Shown: positions 41,395-50,424 of the stretch, piece by piece
Layout of the letters: every line of letters begins with the position of its first letter
Position numbering within the stretch: position 1 is the stretch's first letter
NCBI GenBank assembly: GCA_947649495.1
Contig: CANSRU010000001.1
Location: 54,837 to 118,836, forward strand
From: an uncultured Porphyromonadaceae bacterium
GTDB lineage: Bacteria > Bacteroidota > Bacteroidia > Bacteroidales > Muribaculaceae
Direction of reading: 5' to 3'
Length of the DNA: 64,000 nt
Program-made: the position numbers and the translations under genes
The notes under the pieces: generated by a model
Told to the model about the DNA's origin: nothing
Database searches by the model: none
The model's input: only the letters and a program-made list of their open reading frames with translations

Positions 41395-41894
41395 AACGGA
41401 TAGGCATTCTTTCAGACACCCATTCATGCTGGGACGACCGTTACGCCGCCCATTTCGCCGGTTGCGACGAGATATGGCATGCCGGCGATATCGGCGACAA
41501 AACAATCTTGCAGAAACTACAGGACGTGGCGCCGGTGGTACGTGCCGTTTCGGGCAACATAGACCATGGTGATGTGCGCCGTCTCTGCCCCGAGACATTG
41601 ACTTTCGAGGTGGAAGGAGTGAAAGTGTGGCTCACCCACATCGCAGGCTATCCCGGACGCTATGCCCCTGGGGTGAAAACGCTTCTGCGCAACGAGGGCA
41701 TACGTCTGATGGTGTGCGGTCACTCACATATATTAAAGGTGATACCCGACCACGAGCTCAATATGCTCCATGTCAATCCCGGAGCCGCCGGATGGCACGG
41801 ATGGCAGAAAGTAAGAACCCTTATCAGGCTCACCATCGACAGTGGAAACATCAAAGAACTCGAAGTAATCGAACTCGGCAAACAAAAAATATAA
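41391..41894 (+). CDS. metallophosphoesterase (YfcE/MJ0936 family)
   Basis: MKRIGILSDTHS..., GDIGD, GNID and CGHSH motifs are present. An ATGA start/stop overlap links it to the preceding gene. The upstream part of the ORF-track frame overlaps that gene and is not coding. Confidence 0.85.
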   Translation: MKRIGILSDTHSCWDDRYAAHFAGCDEIWHAGDIGDKTILQKLQDVAPVVRAVSGNIDHGDVRRLCPETLTFEVEGVKVWLTHIAGYPGRYAPGVKTLLRNEGIRLMVCGHSHILKVIPDHELNMLHVNPGAAGWHGWQKVRTLIRLTIDSGNIKELEVIELGKQKI

Positions 41895-41914
41895 CCCGGC
41901 AGTTATTAAGTATT

Positions 41915-42424
41915 ATGAAGAAACTGATTATGCTGATAGCGGCTTCCGCACTTATGTGCGTCACAGCCTGCAAGACCACCGAAGCCAACTACAAGGCGGC
42001 CTACGAAACCGCGCGCCAGAAAAAGTACGATACCGGCGACTCGCTGACCACCTCAGGGCTAAAGAACGCCGACCTGCCACGGCCCATGGCTTTCGGATCC
42101 GACACACTCATGGTGCGCACCGAGCCGGTTGCCCAAAGCAAAACGGAGGGGGCTAAAGTATCCGCGCTATGCAAATACTGCGTGGTGACAGCCAAGTTCC
42201 GCCAACTGTTCAACGCACGCTCCATGTGCGACCGGCTTCTACAGCTCGGCTATGCCGGAGCCATGGTGGTGCACAACCGCACACAGCAATATTACGTGGT
42301 GGCACGTTCCACCGACCTCCCGTCAGAAGCCCGCGCCACTGTTGAAAAACTCCGTGCCGACACCGCCCTGAGCCTGAAGGAACCGTTCCCATACGTGCTC
42401 CGCCCCGCACAGCTCGTGCGCTGA
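41915..42424 (+). CDS. SPOR-domain lipoprotein
   Basis: The lipoprotein signal is MKKLIMLIAASALMCVTAC. The C-terminal ~75 aa (YCVVTAKFRQLFNARSMCDRLLQLGYAGAMVV...YYVVA) resembles a SPOR peptidoglycan-binding domain. Confidence 0.7.
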   Translation: MKKLIMLIAASALMCVTACKTTEANYKAAYETARQKKYDTGDSLTTSGLKNADLPRPMAFGSDTLMVRTEPVAQSKTEGAKVSALCKYCVVTAKFRQLFNARSMCDRLLQLGYAGAMVVHNRTQQYYVVARSTDLPSEARATVEKLRADTALSLKEPFPYVLRPAQLVR

Positions 42425-42490
42425 TAACCGTTAAAATTAACATTGCTGTTAATTTTGAGCCTACGGTTTTCATAATTGAAAATTAGTGCA

Positions 42491-42498
42491 TATCTTTG
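42491..42498 (+). promoter_or_regulatory. -7 promoter box TATCTTTG, about 300 nt upstream of the lipoprotein gene at 42798
   Basis: Matches TAnnTTTG. It would give an unusually long leader or a separate small RNA. Confidence 0.4.
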
Positions 42499-42561
42499 CA
42501 CTTTAAGGAATCAGAGGATTTCTTTACATATCGTTAATTAATAGCGTTTTGCTATTGGACT

Positions 42562-42679
42562 TGCTCTAAGAAACTGCCAATTTCTCAAACATCACAAGTA
42601 CAATAGGCACTCAAAACGTCTACGCGATAGCGTGGGTTGTGCTTATGTGTGATGTGGGTATGGCAGTACCTTTAGAGCA
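42562..42679 (+). other. 118-nt long imperfect hairpin (candidate structured RNA or palindromic intergenic element)
   Basis: Nested collinear helices were found by hand: 42562-69/42672-79 (8 bp), 42573-79/42661-67 (7 bp), 42589-96/42648-55 (8 bp), 42597-603/42637-43 (7 bp, one G.U), and an apical hairpin 42619-25/42630-36. Confidence 0.4.
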
Positions 42680-42797
42680 TATTTGAGCCGACTCACGTTT
42701 CTTTTTGCCCGAAAAAATGATTTGGTTCCGATAAGTCCGGAATTGACGAACACCATCAAATGCTTTTTCAATTCAATAAACTTAAACCAATCATTTT

Positions 42798-43220
42798 ATG
42801 AAACTAAAACTTTCACTGTTACCTTTCATCGCCATTACCATGATGTGCCTCGCAAGCGCCTGCAGCGATGACAGCGACGACACCCAATTCCGTCTCGACA
42901 CCGTTACCGACATCCTCACCACTGGCTCAAGTGCCACAGGATTAGCCTCCAAACCGGCATGGAATATGGAAAACACCGACACACAAGAAACCTATTCCAT
43001 TATATTCTACCGCGACAACTCACTGCAACTCAACGAGACCGGCAGCAGTGACATTATTGAAGCGAAATGGCAACTGACAGCCCCCGATGCCATGACCGTG
43101 ACCTATACCGAATCCAACGACACAAAAACGCTCCAGGTCAAATTGACCGAAGTGGTTAGCAACCGTATTCTTGCCGAATGCGACTTTGGCAATGGACTGC
43201 AACACTTCGAACTCTACTAA
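42798..43220 (+). CDS. hypothetical small lipoprotein
   Basis: 140 aa with the lipoprotein signal MKLKLSLLPFIAITMMCLASAC followed by an acidic linker (SDDSDD) and a beta-rich remainder. No family recognised. Confidence 0.65.
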   Translation: MKLKLSLLPFIAITMMCLASACSDDSDDTQFRLDTVTDILTTGSSATGLASKPAWNMENTDTQETYSIIFYRDNSLQLNETGSSDIIEAKWQLTAPDAMTVTYTESNDTKTLQVKLTEVVSNRILAECDFGNGLQHFELY

Positions 43221-43241
43221 CCAACAAACACATCACTGACA

Positions 43242-44114
43242 ATGAAATTGACATCAAAAATTCTAAAACTCGCTATGTGCATGGCTATATGCGCCACTGC
43301 CACCTCTTGTAACGACAACGACGATGTGGTCGACAACAGCCGTGCAGGCCTTTACGAAGGCACTCTCACGCAGCGCTACCGCGACGCCCACACAGGCGAA
43401 ATAAAGGAATCGACCACTCCGGTACTTGTTCAAGCAACTAAAAATGGCTCTGAAAACCTTGTTTGCGCCACATATAACACAAGCCGTTATCACGACCGTT
43501 GGTACACCGGCAGACAGCCGCTCGACACCCGGACGCTCACATTCGTGCCTACAACCACTGTTCTCGCCAGCACAGATGGAGCGCACTTACGCGAAAATCG
43601 ATTGGTTTACCGCTACGCCCTACCCTCCGGAACATTGGATAAAAATGGCAACGAACTGTTAACCCTCAGTTTTTCGGGGCTGAAAGTGGTGAGAGACGAT
43701 ATCAGCATGGAAGTGGAGCCCCTCGGAGAATACGAAGGCCACATGTACGTGAGCACCATAGAGTGCCCCGACGAACAGTCGTTCAACGAAGCAAAAAATC
43801 TTTCGGAACTGGACATCACCGGAATCACTTCTGAAAATATAGAGATACGTGTGTTCCGCAAAGCGACTGAAAGCAAACTCTCCATCGAAGGCTGGAACAA
43901 TGGCTTGATGGTATACTCACAGGTTGCGACATCGTATCAGACCGACAATTTCGACTGTCTTGTATGCGGAAATGCGATATTCGACATGGAGCAGAACATT
44001 GAGATTTTCAAGGTGACATCGCAAAAATACGATGAAGACTCCGCTAACTATGGACAAGTCACACTTACAAAAATCACAGCCGCCAAAAAGACTGCTTACG
44101 CCGAACCAGATTAA
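43242..44114 (+). CDS. hypothetical lipoprotein
   Basis: 290 aa with the lipoprotein signal MKLTSKILKLAMCMAICATATSC and an NDNDD linker. It lies 21 nt after the previous lipoprotein gene. No family recognised. Confidence 0.65.
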   Translation: MKLTSKILKLAMCMAICATATSCNDNDDVVDNSRAGLYEGTLTQRYRDAHTGEIKESTTPVLVQATKNGSENLVCATYNTSRYHDRWYTGRQPLDTRTLTFVPTTTVLASTDGAHLRENRLVYRYALPSGTLDKNGNELLTLSFSGLKVVRDDISMEVEPLGEYEGHMYVSTIECPDEQSFNEAKNLSELDITGITSENIEIRVFRKATESKLSIEGWNNGLMVYSQVATSYQTDNFDCLVCGNAIFDMEQNIEIFKVTSQKYDEDSANYGQVTLTKITAAKKTAYAEPD

Positions 44115-44163
44115 CGTGATAAACACACCTCCTCTCTCTTATTTTTTAGCATAAGAGTGAATT

Positions 44164-44197
44164 GCCGGCCGGACCATTAATATGAGGTCCGGCCGGC
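44164..44197 (+). terminator. GC-rich hairpin terminator after the lipoprotein pair
   Basis: GCCGGCCGGACC (44164-75) pairs perfectly with GGTCCGGCCGGC (44186-97), giving a 12-bp stem. Confidence 0.7.
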
Positions 44198-44296
44198 TTC
44201 ATTATAAGCATAGCCTAAAGTGCCATAAATCTCTCCTTTTAGTCTTATTTCACATATCGACCCACACAACACAATGAATCATAACAAAATAACCGC

Positions 44297-44304
44297 TAAC
44301 TTTG
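44297..44304 (+). promoter_or_regulatory. -7 promoter box TAACTTTG upstream of the efflux operon
   Basis: Matches TAnnTTTG, 29 nt before the ATG at 44333. Confidence 0.45.
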
Positions 44305-44332
44305 CAGCCGGAAAAAACGAACACACCTTGCT

Positions 44333-45736
44333 ATGTATCATAAACTGCTACTCTCTGCCGCAGCCCTGTTCGGATGCACAGCCGCATCGGCCGTCAACGT
44401 CGCCGACACGCTGAGCCTGCCGCTCGACAGCTGCATAGCCATCGCCCTGAGCGACAACCCCACCATAAAGGTGGCCGATATGGAAATAACCCGCATGGAC
44501 TACTCCAAAAAGGAGACCATAGGTCAGTTACTGCCATCAATAAGTTTCGGAGCCTCCTACAACCGCACCCTCGCCAAGCAGACCATGTATATGAACATGA
44601 GCCGCGGCCTTGGGTCGTCAGACAACGACGATGAGTCTGAGGATACACCCGCACCGTCGGCCGGGTCCGGTGGCATAAAGGTAGGTCTCGACAACTCCTA
44701 CTCCATGGGATTTTCGGCCAGCATGCCGCTGATAGCCCCGCAGCTATGGAAAAGCCTCAAGCTCAGCGACAGCCAGATACTCCAGACCGTGGAAAATGCC
44801 CGCCGCAGCCGCCTCGAGCTTGTCAACAGCGTTAAAAATGCCTACTATACCCTGCTACTTGCCGAAGATTCCTATCGTGTGATACTCGAAAGCTACGACA
44901 TGGCACGCTTCACGGCCGATCTCTATGCCAAGCAGCATGAACTCGGTGCCGCATCTCAGTACGATGTGCTCCGCACCCAGGTGGCAGTGAAAAATGTAGA
45001 GCCTGAAATTACACAGGCCACCATAGCCATTCGTCAGGCAAAACTACAGCTGCTCATACTGATGGGCATGGAGGCCAATGTGAATATCAAGGCCGCCACC
45101 ACCCTCTCCGAATATGAGAAAACAATGTATGCCGATGTGCTCGCCACCAACCGCGACATTGAACAGAACTCCGACCTGCGACTGCTCGACATACAGACAC
45201 GTCAGCTGCGCGACGCCCTGTCAGTGCGCAAAATGGCTTGGTACCCCACGCTGTCGCTAAACGCCAACTACAACTGGACCTCCATGAGCAACGGCTCACC
45301 GCTCAAGAATTTCCGTTGGAACCCCTACTCCATGGTAGGGCTCACACTCTCCATCCCATTGTTTGAAGGCGGCCGCCGTTACACAGCCATAAAGCAGGCC
45401 GAGATTCAGGTCAACGAAATGGCATGGCAACGCGACAACCTCGTGCGCAGCATCCGCATGCAGTCAGACCTCGCGCAGGAGAACATCCTGCTCAACGTCA
45501 AGCAGATATCCTCTTGCTCCGAAAGTGTCAATCAAGCCCGTGTGGCCCACGACATAGTGAAGCGGAGCTTTGACATAGGCGCAGCATCCTACCTTGACCT
45601 GCGCGATTCCGAGCTTGCCCTGACACGCTCGCGTCTGGCCTACTATCAGGCTATCTACAACTATCTCGTGGCTCAGAGCGACCTCGAGCTTCTGCTCGGC
45701 AACGCCGACCTCACGCGCTATTCATCTGAAAAATAA
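44333..45736 (+). CDS. TolC family outer membrane efflux protein
   Basis: 467 aa with a signal peptide and the two-repeat OEP pattern (LSLPLDSCIAIALSDNPTIK...). It is the first gene of a tripartite pump operon. Confidence 0.88.
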   Translation: MYHKLLLSAAALFGCTAASAVNVADTLSLPLDSCIAIALSDNPTIKVADMEITRMDYSKKETIGQLLPSISFGASYNRTLAKQTMYMNMSRGLGSSDNDDESEDTPAPSAGSGGIKVGLDNSYSMGFSASMPLIAPQLWKSLKLSDSQILQTVENARRSRLELVNSVKNAYYTLLLAEDSYRVILESYDMARFTADLYAKQHELGAASQYDVLRTQVAVKNVEPEITQATIAIRQAKLQLLILMGMEANVNIKAATTLSEYEKTMYADVLATNRDIEQNSDLRLLDIQTRQLRDALSVRKMAWYPTLSLNANYNWTSMSNGSPLKNFRWNPYSMVGLTLSIPLFEGGRRYTAIKQAEIQVNEMAWQRDNLVRSIRMQSDLAQENILLNVKQISSCSESVNQARVAHDIVKRSFDIGAASYLDLRDSELALTRSRLAYYQAIYNYLVAQSDLELLLGNADLTRYSSEK

Positions 45737-45764
45737 CAGTCCTCACCCACATATCATCTCATAC

Positions 45765-46826
45765 ATGAACTCATCACAGACCTACCGTTCGCTGACACTC
45801 AGCACCATAGCGGCCTTCTTATTGGCCACTACCACCGCTTGTGGCTCATCGTCCGATAGCAAACCCTCATCCGATTCCACTGCAGTGGCAGCCGAAGATA
45901 TCCCACTGGTGTCCACTCTTCAGGTCCACAGTACCGAAGTGCCTCAGGAAACGGAATATACCGCCAATGTCGAAGCATTCAAGACCAACAACATATCGGC
46001 CTCATCGCCCAACCGCATCAAAAATATACTCGTCGATGTAGGCTCCCACGTGGCCAAAGGACAGAAAGTTGCCATTATGGACAACGTCAACATCGACCAA
46101 CTCCGTGTGCGCCTCGACAATGCCGAGCGCGAACTCTCACGCGCGCGTCAGCTACTCGAAATCGGCGCAGGCACACAGCAGACCGTTGACCAGATGCAGA
46201 CCGAGGTCGACGCCACCCGCCGCCAGTACACCAACCTCGTCGAGAACACCACCCTCATCTCACCTATATCAGGAGTGGTCACCGCCCGCAACTACGATCC
46301 GGGCGACATGTCGGGCACACTGCCCATCCTCACCATCGAGCAGGTACGTCCGGTGAAAGTTCTGGTCAACATATCCGAAAACGACTTCACTAAGATACGC
46401 AAAGGCCAGAAGGTGGACATACGCACCGATGTCTACGGCGACGAGACATTCCACGGCACTGTCCATCTCATTCACCCGAGCATCGACCCCTCTACCCGCA
46501 CATTTACTGTCGAGGTGACCATAGACAACGCCGACGAACGCGTTCACCCCGGCATGTTTGCACGCGTTCTGTTCAACCACGGTACGGCCAACCACGTGGT
46601 GGTGCCCGACCGCGCGGTGGTAAAGCAGTCTGGTTCAGGTAACAAATATGTCTATGTCTACCACCCCGACAACGGCACCGTGAGCTACAATCGCGTTGAG
46701 CTCGGACGCCGCATGGCCGACACCTACGAGGTGATTTCAGGCGTGGCCGACGGCGACATTGTGGTCACTGCCGGACAGGTACGCCTGGCCGACGGCACAA
46801 AAGTGAAACTTCAGGAAGATAAATAA
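45765..46826 (+). CDS. efflux RND transporter periplasmic adaptor subunit (MFP)
   Basis: 353 aa with a lipoprotein-like N-terminus (ATTTACGSSS) and HlyD/AcrA-type lipoyl and beta-barrel segments (ISPISGVVTARNYDPGD). Confidence 0.88.
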   Translation: MNSSQTYRSLTLSTIAAFLLATTTACGSSSDSKPSSDSTAVAAEDIPLVSTLQVHSTEVPQETEYTANVEAFKTNNISASSPNRIKNILVDVGSHVAKGQKVAIMDNVNIDQLRVRLDNAERELSRARQLLEIGAGTQQTVDQMQTEVDATRRQYTNLVENTTLISPISGVVTARNYDPGDMSGTLPILTIEQVRPVKVLVNISENDFTKIRKGQKVDIRTDVYGDETFHGTVHLIHPSIDPSTRTFTVEVTIDNADERVHPGMFARVLFNHGTANHVVVPDRAVVKQSGSGNKYVYVYHPDNGTVSYNRVELGRRMADTYEVISGVADGDIVVTAGQVRLADGTKVKLQEDK

Positions 46827-46859
46827 TCCCCCTCTCCACCCATATCAACCCTCCAAACC

Positions 46860-49800
46860 ATGAGCCTGTATTCCAACGCAGTAAAGCGACCTATAATGAC
46901 CACCCTATGCTTTGTGGCGGTGGCCATAATCGGTCTGTTCTCACTAACCACACTCCCCATCGACCTATATCCCGATGTCGAGACCAACACCATAATGGTG
47001 ATGACCACCTATCAGGGAGCGAGCGCGCAGGACATCGAGCAGAATGTGACCCGTCCGCTCGAGAACTCGCTCAATGCCGTCAACGACCTGAAGCACATCA
47101 CATCCAAATCGCGCGAGAACATTTCGGTGATCACGCTCGAATTTGAATATGGTAAAGACATCGACGTGCTCACCAACGACGTGCGCGACAAGCTCGACAT
47201 GGTCAAGAGCTCCCTGCCCGACAATGCCGAGAACCCCATCATATTCAAGTTCAGCTCCGACATGATACCTATCGTGATGCTCTCGGTGCAGGCCACCGAA
47301 AGTATGCCCGGGCTTTACAAAATTCTCGACGATGCAGTGGCCAATCCACTTGCACGCATATCCGGCGTAGGTTCCGTATCCATATCCGGAGCGCCCAAAC
47401 GTGAGATTCATATCTATGTCGATCCCAACCGTCTCGAGGCCTACAACCTCAGCATCGAGACAATCTCGGCCATTGTGGCCGCTGAAAACCGCAATATACC
47501 AGGCGGTTCGTTCGATATCGGCTCAGATACCTACGCACTCCGTGTGCAGGGCGAGTTCACCTCGTCCGACGAGTTGAAGAACATAGTGGTTGGCTCACGC
47601 GACGGACGCAACATCTACCTGCGCGATGTGGCCCGTGTCGACGACTCCCTCGAGGAACGCGCCCAGCAGACCTACAACGACGGACAGAAAGGTGCCATGA
47701 TCGTGATTCAGAAACAATCGGGTGCCAACTCCGTAGAGATATCCAATGCCGTAATCAAAATGCTGCCCCAGTTGCAGCGCCGCCTGCCCTCCGACGTAAA
47801 GCTCGGAGTGATAGTGGACACCTCCGACAATATCCGCAACACCATCCGCTCCCTTGTCGAGACGGTGCTCTACGCCCTGCTCTTCGTGGTCATAGTGGTG
47901 TTCACATTCCTCGGACGCTGGCGTGCCACAATGATTATTGTGATTACCATACCTATCTCGCTCATCGCATCGTTCATCTACCTTGCACTCACAGGCAACT
48001 CGCTCAACATCGTATCACTCTCAGCCCTTTCCATATCCATCGGTATGGTGGTCGACGATGCCATTGTGGTGCTTGAGAACGTAACCACCCACATAGAGCG
48101 AGGTAGCAATCCCAAGCAGGCCGCTATCCATGGCACCAACGAGGTGGCCGTGTCAGTAATAGCCTCCACCCTCACACTCATCGCGGTGTTCTTCCCGCTG
48201 ACACTCGTCACCGGCATGACCGGCGTGCTCTTCCGCCAGCTCGGATGGATGGTGACCATCATGATGATTATCTCCACCGTGTGCGCCCTCTCGCTCACCC
48301 CCATGCTCTGCTCTCAGCTGCTCCGCAAGGATGTGAAGCACGGACGCCTCTACACCCTGCTATTCACCCCCATCAACAAGGGTCTCGACGCTTTCGACAA
48401 CGGTTATGCCTGGCTTCTGCAGAAAGTGGTAGGCCACAAGACAGTGACCATCCTTGTATGTATGGCCATATTCGTAGGCTCGCTCGCGCTCCTCAAGCAT
48501 GTGGGCACCGAGTTCTTCCCCACCGCCGACGACGGACGTCTCGGTGTCAACCTCGAGTTGCCTATCGGCACCCGCGTGGAGATAGCTCAGGAAGCCACCC
48601 AGCGTCTCAGCAAGGAGTGGCGTGATAAGTATCCTGAGATACAGACCCTGAACTACACCACCGGTCAGGCTTCGAGCGACAACACCTACGCATCGTTGCG
48701 CGACAACGGCCCGCACATCGTGTCGATGAACATTCGTCTTTCCGACCCCGGCGACCGCGAGCGCAAGATTACCGAAATAGCGGCATTGATGCGCGAGGAC
48801 CTCAAGCGCTATCCCGAATTCAAGAAAGCGCAGGTCAACGTGGGTGGAAACCGTGGAGGAGCCATGGGCGGACAGGCCACCATTGACTACGAGATTTACG
48901 GCTACAACTTCGAGGAGACCGACTCCGTGGCCCGCCAGCTCGTGAATGTGCTCCAGGGCATAGAGGGCACCGCCGACATCATGATATCCCGTTCCGACTA
49001 CCAGCCTGAATATCAGGTCGACTTCGACCGCGAGAAACTCGCCATCTACGGGCTCAATCTCCAGACCGCCGCCACATATCTGCGCAACCGCATCAACGGC
49101 AGCATCTCCTCGCAGTTCCGCGAGGATGGAGAGGAATACGACATCAAAGTGATGTATGCCCCCGAACACCGCACCTCCATAGAGGACATAGAGAATATCC
49201 TCATCTACAACTCGGCAGGTCAGGGCGTGCGCGTTCGCGATGTAGGCAAAGTGGTGGAACGATTCACTCCTCCCACCATCGAGCGCAAGGACCGCGAGCG
49301 CATCATCACGGTATCCACTGTCGTTCAAGGGGTGCCGATGAGCCAGGTTGTCGAGCAGTCGCAGGCCGAGATTTACAAGATGTACATTCCGGTGGGCATC
49401 AACATCGAGCTTGCCGGTAGCTACGAGGACCAGCAGGACTCGTTCCGCGACCTCCTGATGCTTGCCGCGCTCATCATAATCCTCGTCTACATTGTGATGG
49501 CTGCCCAGTTTGAGTCCTATAGCTATCCGGGCATCATTATGACATCGCTGCTTTTCGCATTCTCCGGTGTTTTCATTATCCTCTATCTCACCGGTCACAC
49601 GCTCAACGTAATGTCCATGATTGGCGCCATCATGCTTATCGGTATTGTGGTGAAAAACGGTATTGTGCTCATTGACTACATCTCGCTCAACCGCGAACGA
49701 GGCCTCTCCATACGTCAGGCCGTGGTGCTCGGAGGTAAATCGCGTCTGCGTCCGGTGGTGATGACCACCCTCACCACCATCCTCGGCATGGTGCCGATGG

Positions 49801-49988
49801 CCGTCGGCACAGGTCAGGGAGCTGAGATGTGGCGTCCGATGGGAACTGCCGTCATAGGCGGTCTGACACTCTCCACGCTGCTCACCCTCCTCTTCGTGCC
49901 CGCACTCTACTGCATATTCGCCTACGTAGGCGTGCGCCGTACCCGTAAAACCCACCGTCGCAACCTCGCTAACAACACATCGAAATGA
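46860..49988 (+). CDS. efflux RND transporter permease subunit (AcrB/HAE1 family)
   Basis: 1042 aa with 12 TM helices and two large periplasmic loops. Conserved segments include VVDDAIVVLENV and IGIVVKNGIVLIDY. Confidence 0.95.
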   Translation: MSLYSNAVKRPIMTTLCFVAVAIIGLFSLTTLPIDLYPDVETNTIMVMTTYQGASAQDIEQNVTRPLENSLNAVNDLKHITSKSRENISVITLEFEYGKDIDVLTNDVRDKLDMVKSSLPDNAENPIIFKFSSDMIPIVMLSVQATESMPGLYKILDDAVANPLARISGVGSVSISGAPKREIHIYVDPNRLEAYNLSIETISAIVAAENRNIPGGSFDIGSDTYALRVQGEFTSSDELKNIVVGSRDGRNIYLRDVARVDDSLEERAQQTYNDGQKGAMIVIQKQSGANSVEISNAVIKMLPQLQRRLPSDVKLGVIVDTSDNIRNTIRSLVETVLYALLFVVIVVFTFLGRWRATMIIVITIPISLIASFIYLALTGNSLNIVSLSALSISIGMVVDDAIVVLENVTTHIERGSNPKQAAIHGTNEVAVSVIASTLTLIAVFFPLTLVTGMTGVLFRQLGWMVTIMMIISTVCALSLTPMLCSQLLRKDVKHGRLYTLLFTPINKGLDAFDNGYAWLLQKVVGHKTVTILVCMAIFVGSLALLKHVGTEFFPTADDGRLGVNLELPIGTRVEIAQEATQRLSKEWRDKYPEIQTLNYTTGQASSDNTYASLRDNGPHIVSMNIRLSDPGDRERKITEIAALMREDLKRYPEFKKAQVNVGGNRGGAMGGQATIDYEIYGYNFEETDSVARQLVNVLQGIEGTADIMISRSDYQPEYQVDFDREKLAIYGLNLQTAATYLRNRINGSISSQFREDGEEYDIKVMYAPEHRTSIEDIENILIYNSAGQGVRVRDVGKVVERFTPPTIERKDRERIITVSTVVQGVPMSQVVEQSQAEIYKMYIPVGINIELAGSYEDQQDSFRDLLMLAALIIILVYIVMAAQFESYSYPGIIMTSLLFAFSGVFIILYLTGHTLNVMSMIGAIMLIGIVVKNGIVLIDYISLNRERGLSIRQAVVLGGKSRLRPVVMTTLTTILGMVPMAVGTGQGAEMWRPMGTAVIGGLTLSTLLTLLFVPALYCIFAYVGVRRTRKTHRRNLANNTSK

Positions 49989-50278
49989 AATCCATACTCA
50001 TAACATTTGACCAGGCTCACTACGAAAACATAGTGACACTGCTTGAGAAATCAAACTGCCGTGGCTTTACCGCCTGGCGCGAAGTCCAGGGACGCGGAAG
50101 CCGCGATGGAGAGCCCCACTACGGCACCCATGCATGGCCGTCGCTCGCATCAGCCATCATAACCATGGTTGAGGACCACCGTGTGGCCCCCCTGCTTGAA
50201 GCATTGAAGGAGATGGACATACGCTCGCCGAAACTCGGGCTGAGAGCCTTTGTGTGGAACATAGAGCAAGCCATCTGA
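49985..50278 (+). CDS. small P-II-like (ferredoxin-fold) transporter-associated protein
   Basis: 97 aa with an ATGA start/stop overlap with the RND permease gene. The pattern MKSILITF...GFTAWREVQGRGSRDGE...AIITMVED...LRAFVWNIE parallels the beta-alpha-beta-beta-alpha-beta layout and T-loop position of GlnB-like proteins. Confidence 0.7.
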   Translation: MKSILITFDQAHYENIVTLLEKSNCRGFTAWREVQGRGSRDGEPHYGTHAWPSLASAIITMVEDHRVAPLLEALKEMDIRSPKLGLRAFVWNIEQAI

Positions 50279-50310
50279 CAAATTTATTTGGATATGTGGT
50301 GCGGAAAGTA

Positions 50311-50318
50311 TAACTTTG
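50311..50318 (+). promoter_or_regulatory. -7 promoter box TAACTTTG upstream of tRNA-Leu
   Basis: Matches TAnnTTTG, 14 nt before the mature tRNA 5' end. Confidence 0.5.
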
Positions 50319-50331
50319 CACCATAAATCCT

Positions 50332-50413
50332 GCGCACGTGGCGTAATTGGTAGCCGCGCTAGACTTAGGATCTAGTGTCTAACGACGTGGGGGTTCGAGT
50401 CCCTTCGTGCGCA
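50332..50413 (+). tRNA. tRNA-Leu (anticodon UAG)
   Basis: The acceptor stem GCGCACG pairs with CGTGCGC, with discriminator A. The anticodon arm is CTAGA-CTTAGGA-TCTAG, which puts TAG in the anticodon position. A long variable arm marks a class II tRNA, and the T-loop is TTCGAGT. No CCA is encoded. Confidence 0.9.
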
Positions 50414-50424
50414 CGAACTGACAG

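Noticed and set aside
42503-42735. Possible 6S RNA, with a 9-bp closing helix (GGAATCAGA at 42507-42515 with TTTGGTTCC at 42721-42729) around the long hairpin.
   Set aside because: The closing helix needs two G.U pairs and could arise by chance. I cannot identify the large central bubble flanked by conserved G-C segments that is expected of 6S RNA. I kept it only as a generic structured-RNA candidate.
48360-49955. A 531-aa ORF on the minus strand, fully antisense to the RND permease gene.
   Set aside because: It lies entirely inside a confidently identified AcrB-family gene. Its translation is low-complexity and rich in H, G, V, D and E, with no recognisable motif. It is a typical shadow frame of a codon-biased gene.
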